The notes under the pieces are model-generated. The model did not search any database. It was not told the DNA's origin and was given only the letters and a program-made list of their open reading frames with translations. Below, one piece after another: positions 1 to 11,977 of a stretch of 64,000 nucleotides of DNA. Source of the stretch: the human T2T-CHM13v2.0 reference genome, Homo sapiens; NCBI RefSeq assembly GCF_009914755.1, contig NC_060925.1; one strand, given 5' to 3'. How positions within the stretch are numbered: position 1 is the first letter of the stretch; each line of letters starts with the position of its first letter. Position numbers and translations under genes: made by a program.

Positions 1-59
1 TAGAATCGAATGGAACAATCATCTAATGGACTCAAATGGAATTATCCTCAAATGGAATC

Positions 60-105
60 GAATGGAATTATCGAATGCAATCGAATGGAATTATCGAATG
101 CAATC
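60..105 (+). repeat. Perfect 2 x 23-bp tandem (GAATGGAATTATCGAATGCAATC) within the 840-bp segment of each unit
   Basis: Read directly at 60-82 and 83-105. It recurs once per unit and fits the 23/26-bp basic periodicity of HSat2. Confidence 0.85.
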
Positions 106-321
106 GAATAGAATCATCGAAAGGACTCGAATGGAATCATCGAATGGAATGGAATGGAACAGTCAATGAACTCGAATGGAATCATCATTGAATGGAATCG
201 AATGGAATCATCGAGTGGAATCGAATGGAATTATGATCAAATGGAATCGAATGTAATCATCATCAAATGGAATCAACAATAACCATCATCAATTGGTATT
301 GAATGGAATTGTCATCAAATG

Positions 322-2097
322 GAATTCAAAGGAATCATCATCAAATGGAACCGAATGGAATCCTCATTGAATGGAAATGAAAGGGGTCATCATCTAATGG
401 AATCGCATGGAATCATCATCAAATGGAATCGAATGGAATCATCATCAAATGGAATCTAATGGAATCATTGAACAGAATTCAATGGAATCGTCATCGAATG
501 AATTGAATGCAATCATCGAATGGTCTCGAATGGAATCATCTTCTAATGGAAAGGAATGGAATCATAGCATAGAATCGAATGGAATTATCATCGAATGGAA
601 TCGAATGGTATCAACACCAAACGGAAAAAAACGGAATTATCGAATGGAATCGAAGAGAATCTTCGAACGGACCCGAATGGAATCATCTAATGGAATGGAA
701 TGGAATAATCCATGGACTCGAATGCAATCATCATCGAATGGAATCGACTGGAATCATCGAATGGACTCGAATGGAATAATCATTGAACGGAATCGAATGG
801 AATCATCATCGGATGGAAACGAATGGAATCATCATCGAATGGAAATGAAAGGAGTCATCATCTAATGGAATTGCATGGAATCATCATAAAATGGAATCGA
901 ATGGAATCAACATCAAATGGAATCAAATGGAATCATTGAACGGAATTGAATGGAATCGTCATCGAATGAATTGACTGCAATCATCGAATGGTCTCGAATG
1001 GAATCATCTTCAAATGGAATGGAATGGAATCATCGCATAGAATCGAATGGAATTATCATCGAATGGAATCGAATGGAATCAACATCAAACGGAAAAAAAC
1101 GGAATTATCGAATGGAATCGAAGAGAATCATCGAATGGACCCGAATGGAATCATCTAATGGAATGGAATGGAATAATCCATGGACTCGAATGCAATCATC
1201 ATCGAATGGAATCGAATGGAATCATCGAATGGACTCGAATGGAATAATCATTGAACGGAATCGAATGGAATCATCATCGGATGGAAATGAATGGAATCAT
1301 CATCGAATGGAATCGAATAGAATTATGGAATGAAATCCAGTGTGATCATCATCGAATGGACCCGAATGGAATCATCATCCAACGGAAGCTAATGGAATCA
1401 ACATCGAATGAATCGAATGGAAACACCATCGAATTGAAACGAATGGAATTATTATGAAATTGAAATGGATGGACTCATCATCGAATGGATTCGAATGGAA
1501 TCATCGAATAAAATTGACTGAAATCATCATCCAATGGAATCGAATGGTATCATTGAATGGAATCGAATGGAATCATCATCAGATGGAAATGAATGGAATC
1601 GTCATAGAATGAAATCGAATGGATTCATTGAATGGAATCAGATGGAATCATCGAATGGACTGGAATGGAATCATTGAATGGACTCGAAAGGGATCATGAT
1701 TGAATGGAATTGAATGGAATCATCGAATGGTCTCGATTGGAATCATTATCAAATGGAATCGAATGGAATCACCGAATAGAATCGAATGGAACAATCATCG
1801 AATGGACTCAAATGGAATTATCCTCAAATGGAATCGAATGGAATTATCGAATGCAATCGAATGGAATTATCGAATGCAATCGAATAGAATCATCGAAAGG
1901 ACTCGAATGGAATCATCGAATGGAATGGAATGGAACAGTCAATGAACTCGAATGGAATCATCATTGAATGGAATCGAATGGAATCATCGACTGGAATCGA
2001 ATGGAATTATGATCAAATGGAATCGAATGTAATCATCATCAAATGGAATCAAAAATAACCATCATCAATTGGTATTGAATGGAATTGTCATCAAATG
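322..2097 (+). repeat. Representative 1776-bp repeat unit (constant EcoRI site to next constant EcoRI site)
   Basis: GAATTC in the context GGAATTCAAAGG occurs at 322 and again at 2098. Anchor ATGs at 13754, 15530, 17306 and 29753 through 54617 are spaced exactly 1776 bp. Landmarks AATCCAGTGTGATC, CGGAAGCTAATG, GGAACAGTCAATG and AATAACCATC occur once per unit. Confidence 0.95.
369..1304 (+). repeat. Internal 468-bp tandem duplication in each unit (A ~369-836, B ~837-1304)
   Basis: GAATGGAAATGAAAGG(G/A)GTCATCATCTAATGG starts at 369 and at 837, and paired ORFs start 468 apart (482/950, 3566/4034 etc.). About 14 diagnostic differences were counted by eye (A/B), e.g. ACAG/ACGG, GAATGC/GACTGC, AAGG/ATGG, GGTA/GGAA, ACCAA/ATCAA, CTTC/CATC. 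Confidence 0.92.
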
Positions 2098-2257
2098 GAA
2101 TTCAAAGGAATCATCATCAAATGGAACCGAATGGAATCCTCATTGAATGGAAATGAAAGGGGTCATCATCTAATGGAATCGCATGGAATCACCATCAAAT
2201 GGAATAGAATGGAATCATCATCAAATGGAATCTAATGGAATCATTGAACAGAATTGA

Positions 2258-3565
2258 ATGGAATCGTCATCGAATGAATTGAATGCAATCATCGAATGGT
2301 CTCGAATGGAATCTTCTTCTAATGGAAAGGAATGGAATCATCGCATAGAATCGAATGGAATTATCATCGAATGGAATCGAATGATATCAACACCAAACGG
2401 AAAAAAACGGAATTATCGAATGGAATCGAAGAGAATCTTCGAACGGACCCGAATGGAATCATCTAATGGAATGGAATGGAATAATCCATGGACTCGAATG
2501 CAATCATCATCGAATGGAATCGAATGGAATCATCGAATGGACTCGAATGGAATAATCATTGAACGGAATCGAATGGAATCATCATCGGATGGAAATGAAT
2601 GGAATCATCATCGAATGGAATCGAATAGAATTATGGAATGAAATCCAGTGTGATCATCATCGAATGGACCCGAATGGAATCATCATCCAACGGAAGCTAA
2701 TGGAATCAACATCGAATGAATCGAATGGAAACACCATCGAATTGAAACGAATGGAATTATCATGAAATTGAAATGGATGGACTCATCATCGAATGGATTC
2801 GAATGGAATCATCGAATAAAATTGATTGAAATCATCATCGAATGGAATCGAATGGTATCATTGAATGGAATCGAATGGAATCATCATCAGATGGAAATGA
2901 ATGGAATTGTCATAGAATGGAATCGAATGGATTCATTGAATGGAATCAGATGGAATCATCGAATGGACTGGAATGGAATCATTGAATGGACTCGAAAGGG
3001 ATCATGATTGAATGGAATTGAATGGAATCATCGAATGGTCTCGATTGGAATCATTATCAAATGGAATCGAATGGAATCACCGAATAGAATCGAATGGAAC
3101 AATCATCTAATGGACTCAAATGGAATTATCCTCAAATGGAATCGAATGGAATTATCGAATGCAATCGAATGGAATTATCGAATGCAATCGAATAGAATCA
3201 TCGAAAGGACTCGAATGGAATCATCGAATGGAATGGAATGGAACAGTCAATGAACTCGAATGGAATCATCATTGAATGGAATCGAATGGAATCATCGAGT
3301 GGAATCGAATGGAATTATGATCAAATGGAATCGAATGTAATCATCATCAAATGGAATCAAAAATAACCATCATCAATTGGTATTGAATGGAATTGTCATC
3401 AAATGGAATTCAAAGGAATCATCATCAAATGGAACCGAATGGAATCCTCATTGAATGGAAATGAAAGGGGTCATCATCTAATGGAATCGCATGGAATCAT
3501 CATCAAATGGAATCGAATGGAATCATCATCAAATGGAATCTAATGGAATCATTGAACAGAATTGA
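2258..3565 (+). repeat. 1308-bp deletion-variant unit (single A/B hybrid subrepeat)
   Basis: Anchor spacing 2258->3566 = 1776-468. The ORF starts A-type (ELNA, GKEW, IFER) and ends B-type (SNRIME). Confidence 0.93.
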
Positions 3566-6500
3566 ATGGAATCGTCATCGAATGAATTGAATGCAATCAT
3601 CGAATGGTCTCGAATGGAATCATCTTCTAATGGAAAGGAATGGAATCATAGCATAGAATCGAATGGAATTATCATCGAATGGAATCGAATGGTATCAACA
3701 CCAAACGGAAAAAAACGGAATTATCGAATGGAATCGAAGAGAATCTTCGAACGGACCCGAATGGAATCATCTAATGGAATGGAATGGAATAATCCATGGA
3801 CTCGAATGCAATCATCATCGAATGGAATCGACTGGAATCATCGAATGGACTCGAATGGAATAATCATTGAACGGAATCGAATGGAATCATCATCGGATGG
3901 AAACGAATGGAATCATCATCGAATGGAAATGAAAGGAGTCATCATCTAATGGAATTGCATGGAATCATCATAAAATGGAATCGAATGGAATCAACATCAA
4001 ATGGAATCAAATGGAATCATTGAACGGAATTGAATGGAATCGTCATCGAATGAATTGACTGCAATCATCGAATGGTCTCGAATGGAATCATCTTCAAATG
4101 GAATGGAATGGAATCATCGCATAGAATCGAATGGAATTATCATCGAATGGAATCGAATGGAATCAACATCAAACGGAAAAAAACGGAATTATCGAATGGA
4201 ATCGAAGAGAATCATCGAATGGACCCGAATGGAATCATCTAATGGAATGGAATGGAATAATCCATGGACTCGAATGCAATCATCATCGAATGGAATCGAA
4301 TGGAATCATCGAATGGACTCGAATGGAATAATCATTGAACGGAATCGAATGGAATCATCATCGGATGGAAATGAATGGAATCATCATCGAATGGAATCGA
4401 ATAGAATTATGGAATGAAATCCAGTGTGATCATCATCGAATGGACCCGAATGGAATCATCATCCAACGGAAGCTAATGGAATCAACATCGAATGAATCGA
4501 ATGGAAACACCATCGAATTGAAACGAATGGAATTATCATGAAATTGAAATGGATGGACTCATCATCGAATGGATTCGAATGGAATCATCGAATAAAATTG
4601 ATTGAAATCATCATCGAATGGAATCGAATGGTATCATTGAATGGAATCGAATGGAATCATCATCAGATGGAAATGAATGGAATTGTCATAGAATGGAATC
4701 GAATGGATTCATTGAATGGAATCAGATGGAATCATCGAATGGACTGGAATGGAATCATTGAATGGACTCGAAAGGGATCATGATTGAATGGAATTGAATG
4801 GAATCATCGAATGGTCTCGATTGGAATCATTATCAAATGGAATCGAATGGAATCACCGAATAGAATCGAATGGAACAATCATCTAATGGACTCAAATGGA
4901 ATTATCCTCAAATGGAATCGAATGGAATTATCGAATGCAATCGAATGGAATTATCGAATGCAATCGAATAGAATCATCGAAAGGACTCGAATGGAATCAT
5001 CGAATGGAATGGAATGGAACAGTCAATGAACTCGAATGGAATCATCATTGAATGGAATCGAATGGAATCATCGAGTGGAATCGAATGGAATTATGATCAA
5101 ATGGAATCGAATGTAATCATCATCAAATGGAATCAAAAATAACCATCATCAATTGGTATTGAATGGAATTGTCATCAAATGGAATTCAAAGGAATCATCA
5201 TCAAATGGAACCGAATGGAATCCTCATTGAATGGAAATGAAAGGGGTCATCATCTAATGGAATCGCATGGAATCATCATCAAATGGAATCGAATGGAATC
5301 ATCATCAAATGGAATCTAATGGAATCATTGAACAGAATTCAATGGAATCGTCATCGAATGAATTGAATGCAATCATCGAATGGTCTCGAATGGAATCATC
5401 TTCTAATGGAAAGGAATGGAATCATAGCATAGAATCGAATGGAATTATCATCGAATGGAATCGAATGGTATCAACACCAAACGGAAAAAAACGGAATTAT
5501 CGAATGGAATCGAAGAGAATCTTCGAACGGACCCGAATGGAATCATCTAATGGAATGGAATGGAATAATCCATGGACTCGAATGCAATCATCATCGAATG
5601 GAATCGACTGGAATCATCGAATGGACTCGAATGGAATAATCATTGAACGGAATCGAATGGAATCATCATCGGATGGAAACGAATGGAATCATCATCGAAT
5701 GGAAATGAAAGGAGTCATCATCTAATGGAATTGCATGGAATCATCATAAAATGGAATCGAATGGAATCAACATCAAATGGAATCAAATGGAATCATTGAA
5801 CGGAATTGAATGGAATCGTCATCGAATGAATTGACTGCAATCATCGAATGGTCTCGAATGGAATCATCTTCAAATGGAATGGAATGGAATCATCGCATAG
5901 AATCGAATGGAATTATCATCGAATGGAATCGAATGGAATCAACATCAAACGGAAAAAAACGGAATTATCGAATGGAATCGAAGAGAATCATCGAATGGAC
6001 CCGAATGGAATCATCTAATGGAATGGAATGGAATAATCCATGGACTCGAATGCAATCATCATCGAATGGAATCGAATGGAATCATCGAATGGACTCGAAT
6101 GGAATAATCATTGAACGGAATCGAATGGAATCATCATCGGATGGAAATGAATGGAATCATCATCGAATGGAATCGAATAGAATTATGGAATGAAATCCAG
6201 TGTGATCATCATCGAATGGACCCGAATGGAATCATCATCCAACGGAAGCTAATGGAATCAACATCGAATGAATCGAATGGAAACACCATCGAATTGAAAC
6301 GAATGGAATTATTATGAAATTGAAATGGATGGACTCATCATCGAATGGATTCGAATGGAATCATCGAATAAAATTGACTGAAATCATCATCCAATGGAAT
6401 CGAATGGTATCATTGAATGGAATCGAATGGAATCATCATCAGATGGAAATGAATGGAATCGTCATAGAATGAAATCGAATGGATTCATTGAATGGAATCA

Positions 6501-9500
6501 GATGGAATCATCGAATGGACTGGAATGGAATCATTGAATGGACTCGAAAGGGATCATGATTGAATGGAATTGAATGGAATCATCGAATGGTCTCGATTGG
6601 AATCATTATCAAATGGAATCGAATGGAATCACCGAATAGAATCGAATGGAACAATCATCGAATGGACTCAAATGGAATTATCCTCAAATGGAATCGAATG
6701 GAATTATCGAATGCAATCGAATGGAATTATCGAATGCAATCGAATAGAATCATCGAAAGGACTCGAATGGAATCATCGAATGGAATGGAATGGAACAGTC
6801 AATGAACTCGAATGGAATCATCATTGAATGGAATCGAATGGAATCATCGACTGGAATCGAATGGAATTATGATCAAATGGAATCGAATGTAATCATCATC
6901 AAATGGAATCAAAAATAACCATCATCAATTGGTATTGAATGGAATTGTCATCAAATGGAATTCAAAGGAATCATCATCAAATGGAACCGAATGGAATCCT
7001 CATTGAATGGAAATGAAAGGGGTCATCATCTAATGGAATCGCATGGAATCATCATCAAATGGAATAGAATGGAATCATCATCAAATGGAATCTAATGGAA
7101 TCATTGAACAGAATTGAATGGAATCGTCATCGAATGAATTGAATGCAATCATCGAATGGTCTCGAATGGAATCTTCTTCTAATGGAGAGGAATGGAATCA
7201 TCGCATAGAATCGAATGGAATTATCATCGAATGGAATCGAATGATATCAACACCAAACGGAAAAAAACGGAATTATCGAATGGAATCGAAGAGAATCTTC
7301 GAACGGACCCGAATGGAATCATCTAATGGAATGGAATGGAATAATCCATGGACTCGAATGCAATCATCATCGAATGGAATCGAATGGAATCATCGAATGG
7401 ACTCGAATGGAATAATCATTGAACGGAATCGAATGGAATCATCATCGGATGGAAATGAATGGAATCATCATCGAATGGAAATGAAAGGAGTCATCATCTA
7501 ATGGAATTGCATGGAATCATCATAAAATGGAATCGAATGGAATCAACCTCAAATGGAATCAAATGGAATCATTGAACGGAATTGAATGGAATCGTCATCG
7601 AATGAATTGACTGCAATCATCGAATGGTCTCGAATGGAATCATCTTCAAATGGAATGGAATGGAATCATCGCATAGAATCGAATGGAATTATCATCGAAT
7701 GGAATCGAATGGAATCAACATCAAACGGAAAAAAACGGAATTATCAAATGGAATCGAAGAGAATCATCGAATGGACCCGAATGGAATCATCTAATGGAAT
7801 GGAATGGAATAATCCATGGACTCGAATGCAATCATCATCGAATGGAATCGAATGGAATCATCGAATGGACTCGAATGGAATAATCATTGAACGGAATCGA
7901 ATGGAATCATCATCGGATGGAAATGAATGGAATCATCATCGAATGGAATCGAATAGAATTATGGAATGAAATCCAGTGTGATCATCATCGAATGGACCCA
8001 AATGGAATCATCATCCAACGGAAGCTAATGGAATCAACATCGAATGAATCGAATGGAAACACCATCGAATTGAAACGAATGGAATTATCATGAAATTGAA
8101 ATGGATGGACTCATCATCGAATGGATTCGAATGGAATCATCGAATAAAATTGATTGAAATCATCATCCAATGGAATCGAATGGTATCATTGAATGGAATC
8201 GAATGGAATCATCATCAGATGGAAATGAATGGAATTGTCATAGAATGGAATCGAATGGATTCATTGAATGGAATCAGATGGAATCATCGAATGGACTGGA
8301 ATGGAATCATTGAATGGACTCGAAAGGGATCATGATTGAATGGAATTGAATGGAATCATCGAATGGTCTCGATTGGAATCATTATCAAATGGAATCGAAT
8401 GGAATCACCGAATAGAATCGAATGGAACAATCATCTAATGGACTCAAATGGAATTATCCTCAAATGGAATCGAATGGAATTATCGAATGCAATCGAATGG
8501 AATTATCGAATGCAATCGAATAGAATCATCGAAAGGACTCGAATGGAATCATCGAATGGAATGGAATGGAACAGTCAATGAACTCGAATGGAATCATCAT
8601 TGAATGGAATCGAATGGAATCATCGAGTGGAATCGAATGGAATTATGATCAAATGGAATCGAATGTAATCATCATCAAATGGAATCAAAAATAACCATCA
8701 TCAATTGGTATTGAATGGAATTGTCATCAAATGGAATTCAAAGGAATCATCATCAAATGGAACCGAATGGAATCCTCATTGAATGGAAATGAAAGGGGTC
8801 ATCATCTAATGGAATCGCATGGAATCATCATCAAATGGAATCGAATGGAATCATCATCAAATGGAATCTAATGGAATCATTGAACAGAATTCAATGGAAT
8901 CGTCATCGAATGAATTGAATGCAATCATCGAATGGTCTCGAATGGAATCATCTTCTAATGGAAAGGAATGGAATCATAGCATAGAATCGAATGGAATTAT
9001 CATCGAATGGAATCGAATGGTATCAACACCAAACGGAAAAAAACGGAATTATCGAATGGAATCGAAGAGAATCTTCGAACGGACCCGAATGGAATCATCT
9101 AATGGAATGGAATGGAATAATCCATGGACTCGAATGCAATCATCATCGAATGGAATCGACTGGAATCATCGAATGGACTCGAATGGAATAATCATTGAAC
9201 GGAATCGAATGGAATCATCATCGGATGGAAACGAATGGAATCATCATCGAATGGAAATGAAAGGAGTCATCATCTAATGGAATTGCATGGAATCATCATA
9301 AAATGGAATCGAATGGAATCAACATCAAATGGAATCAAATGGAATCATTGAACGGAATTGAATGGAATCGTCATCGAATGAATTGACTGCAATCATCGAA
9401 TGGTCTCGAATGGAATCATCTTCAAATGGAATGGAATGGAATCATCGCATAGAATCGAATGGAATTATCATCGAATGGAATCGAATGGAATCAACATCAA

Positions 9501-10669
9501 ACGGAAAAAAACGGAATTATCGAATGGAATCGAAGAGAATCATCGAATGGACCCGAATGGAATCATCTAATGGAATGGAATGGAATAATCCATGGACTCG
9601 AATGCAATCATCATCGAATGGAATCGAATGGAATCATCGAATGGACTCGAATGGAATAATCATTGAACGGAATCGAATGGAATCATCATCGGATGGAAAT
9701 GAATGGAATCATCATCGAATGGAATCGAATAGAATTATGGAATGAAATCCAGTGTGATCATCATCGAATGGACCCGAATGGAATCATCATCCAACGGAAG
9801 CTAATGGAATCAACATCGAATGAATCGAATGGAAACACCATCGAATTGAAACGAATGGAATTATTATGAAATTGAAATGGATGGACTCATCATCGAATGG
9901 ATTCGAATGGAATCATCGAATAAAATTGACTGAAATCATCATCCAATGGAATCGAATGGTATCATTGAATGGAATCGAATGGAATCATCATCAGATGGAA
10001 ATGAATGGAATCGTCATAGAATGAAATCGAATGGATTCATTGAATGGAATCAGATGGAATCATCGAATGGACTGGAATGGAATCATTGAATGGACTCGAA
10101 AGGGATCATGATTGAATGGAATTGAATGGAATCATCGAATGGTCTCGATTGGAATCATTATCAAATGGAATCGAATGGAATCACCGAATAGAATCGAATG
10201 GAACAATCATCGAATGGACTCAAATGGAATTATCCTCAAATGGAATCGAATGGAATTATCGAATGCAATCGAATGGAATTATCGAATGCAATCGAATAGA
10301 ATCATCGAAAGGACTCGAATGGAATCATCGAATGGAATGGAATGGAACAGTCAATGAACTCGAATGGAATCATCATTGAATGGAATCGAATGGAATCATC
10401 GACTGGAATCGAATGGAATTATGATCAAATGGAATCGAATGTAATCATCATCAAATGGAATCAAAAATAACCATCATCAATTGGTATTGAATGGAATTGT
10501 CATCAAATGGAATTCAAAGGAATCATCATCAAATGGAACCGAATGGAATCCTCATTGAATGGAAATGAAAGGGGTCATCATCTAATGGAATCGCATGGAA
10601 TCACCATCAAATGGAATAGAATGGAATCATCATCAAATGGAATCTAATGGAATCATTGAACAGAATTGA

Positions 10670-11977
10670 ATGGAATCGTCATCGAATGAATTGAATGCAA
10701 TCATCGAATGGTCTCGAATGGAATCTTCTTCTAATGGAAAGGAATGGAATCATCGCATAGAATCGAATGGAATTATCATCGAATGGAATCGAATGATATC
10801 AACACCAAACGGAAAAAAACGGAATTATCGAATGGAATCGAAGAGAATCTTCGAACGGACCCGAATGGAATCATCTAATGGAATGGAATGGAATAATCCA
10901 TGGACTCGAATGCAATCATCATCGAATGGAATCGAATGGAATCATCGAATGGACTCGAATGGAATAATCATTGAACGGAATCGAATGGAATCATCATCGG
11001 ATGGAAATGAATGGAATCATCATCGAATGGAATCGAATAGAATTATGGAATGAAATCCAGTGTGATCATCATCGAATGGACCCGAATGGAATCATCATCC
11101 AACGGAAGCTAATGGAATCAACATCGAATGAATCGAATGGAAACACCATCGAATTGAAACGAATGGAATTATCATGAAATTGAAATGGATGGACTCATCA
11201 TCGAATGGATTCGAATGGAATCATCGAATAAAATTGATTGAAATCATCATCGAATGGAATCGAATGGTATCATTGAATGGAATCGAATGGAATCATCATC
11301 AGATGGAAATGAATGGAATTGTCATAGAATGGAATCGAATGGATTCATTGAATGGAATCAGATGGAATCATCGAATGGACTGGAATGGAATCATTGAATG
11401 GACTCGAAAGGGATCATGATTGAATGGAATTGAATGGAATCATCGAATGGTCTCGATTGGAATCATTATCAAATGGAATCGAATGGAATCACCGAATAGA
11501 ATCGAATGGAACAATCATCTAATGGACTCAAATGGAATTATCCTCAAATGGAATCGAATGGAATTATCGAATGCAATCGAATGGAATTATCGAATGCAAT
11601 CGAATAGAATCATCGAAAGGACTCGAATGGAATCATCGAATGGAATGGAATGGAACAGTCAATGAACTCGAATGGAATCATCATTGAATGGAATCGAATG
11701 GAATCATCGAGTGGAATCGAATGGAATTATGATCAAATGGAATCGAATGTAATCATCATCAAATGGAATCAAAAATAACCATCATCAATTGGTATTGAAT
11801 GGAATTGTCATCAAATGGAATTCAAAGGAATCATCATCAAATGGAACCGAATGGAATCCTCATTGAATGGAAATGAAAGGGGTCATCATCTAATGGAATC
11901 GCATGGAATCATCATCAAATGGAATCGAATGGAATCATCATCAAATGGAATCTAATGGAATCATTGAACAGAATTGA
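10670..11977 (+). repeat. 1308-bp deletion-variant unit, second copy
   Basis: Anchor spacing 10670->11978 = 1308. It carries the same private SNVs as the 2258 unit (TCTTCTTCT, ATGATATC, upstream CACCATC). Confidence 0.93.

Noticed and set aside
656-670. Heat-shock-element-like AGAATCTTCG in A copies
   Set aside because: It has only two inverted nGAAn units, whereas a canonical HSE needs three, and such matches are expected by chance in GAA-rich satellite.
2818-2835. Possible DUX4 site (TTGATTGAAATCA)
   Set aside because: DUX4 activation of HSATII is reported, but this sequence does not match the TGATTRRRTTA consensus as I recall it. It would need a PWM scan and ChIP data.
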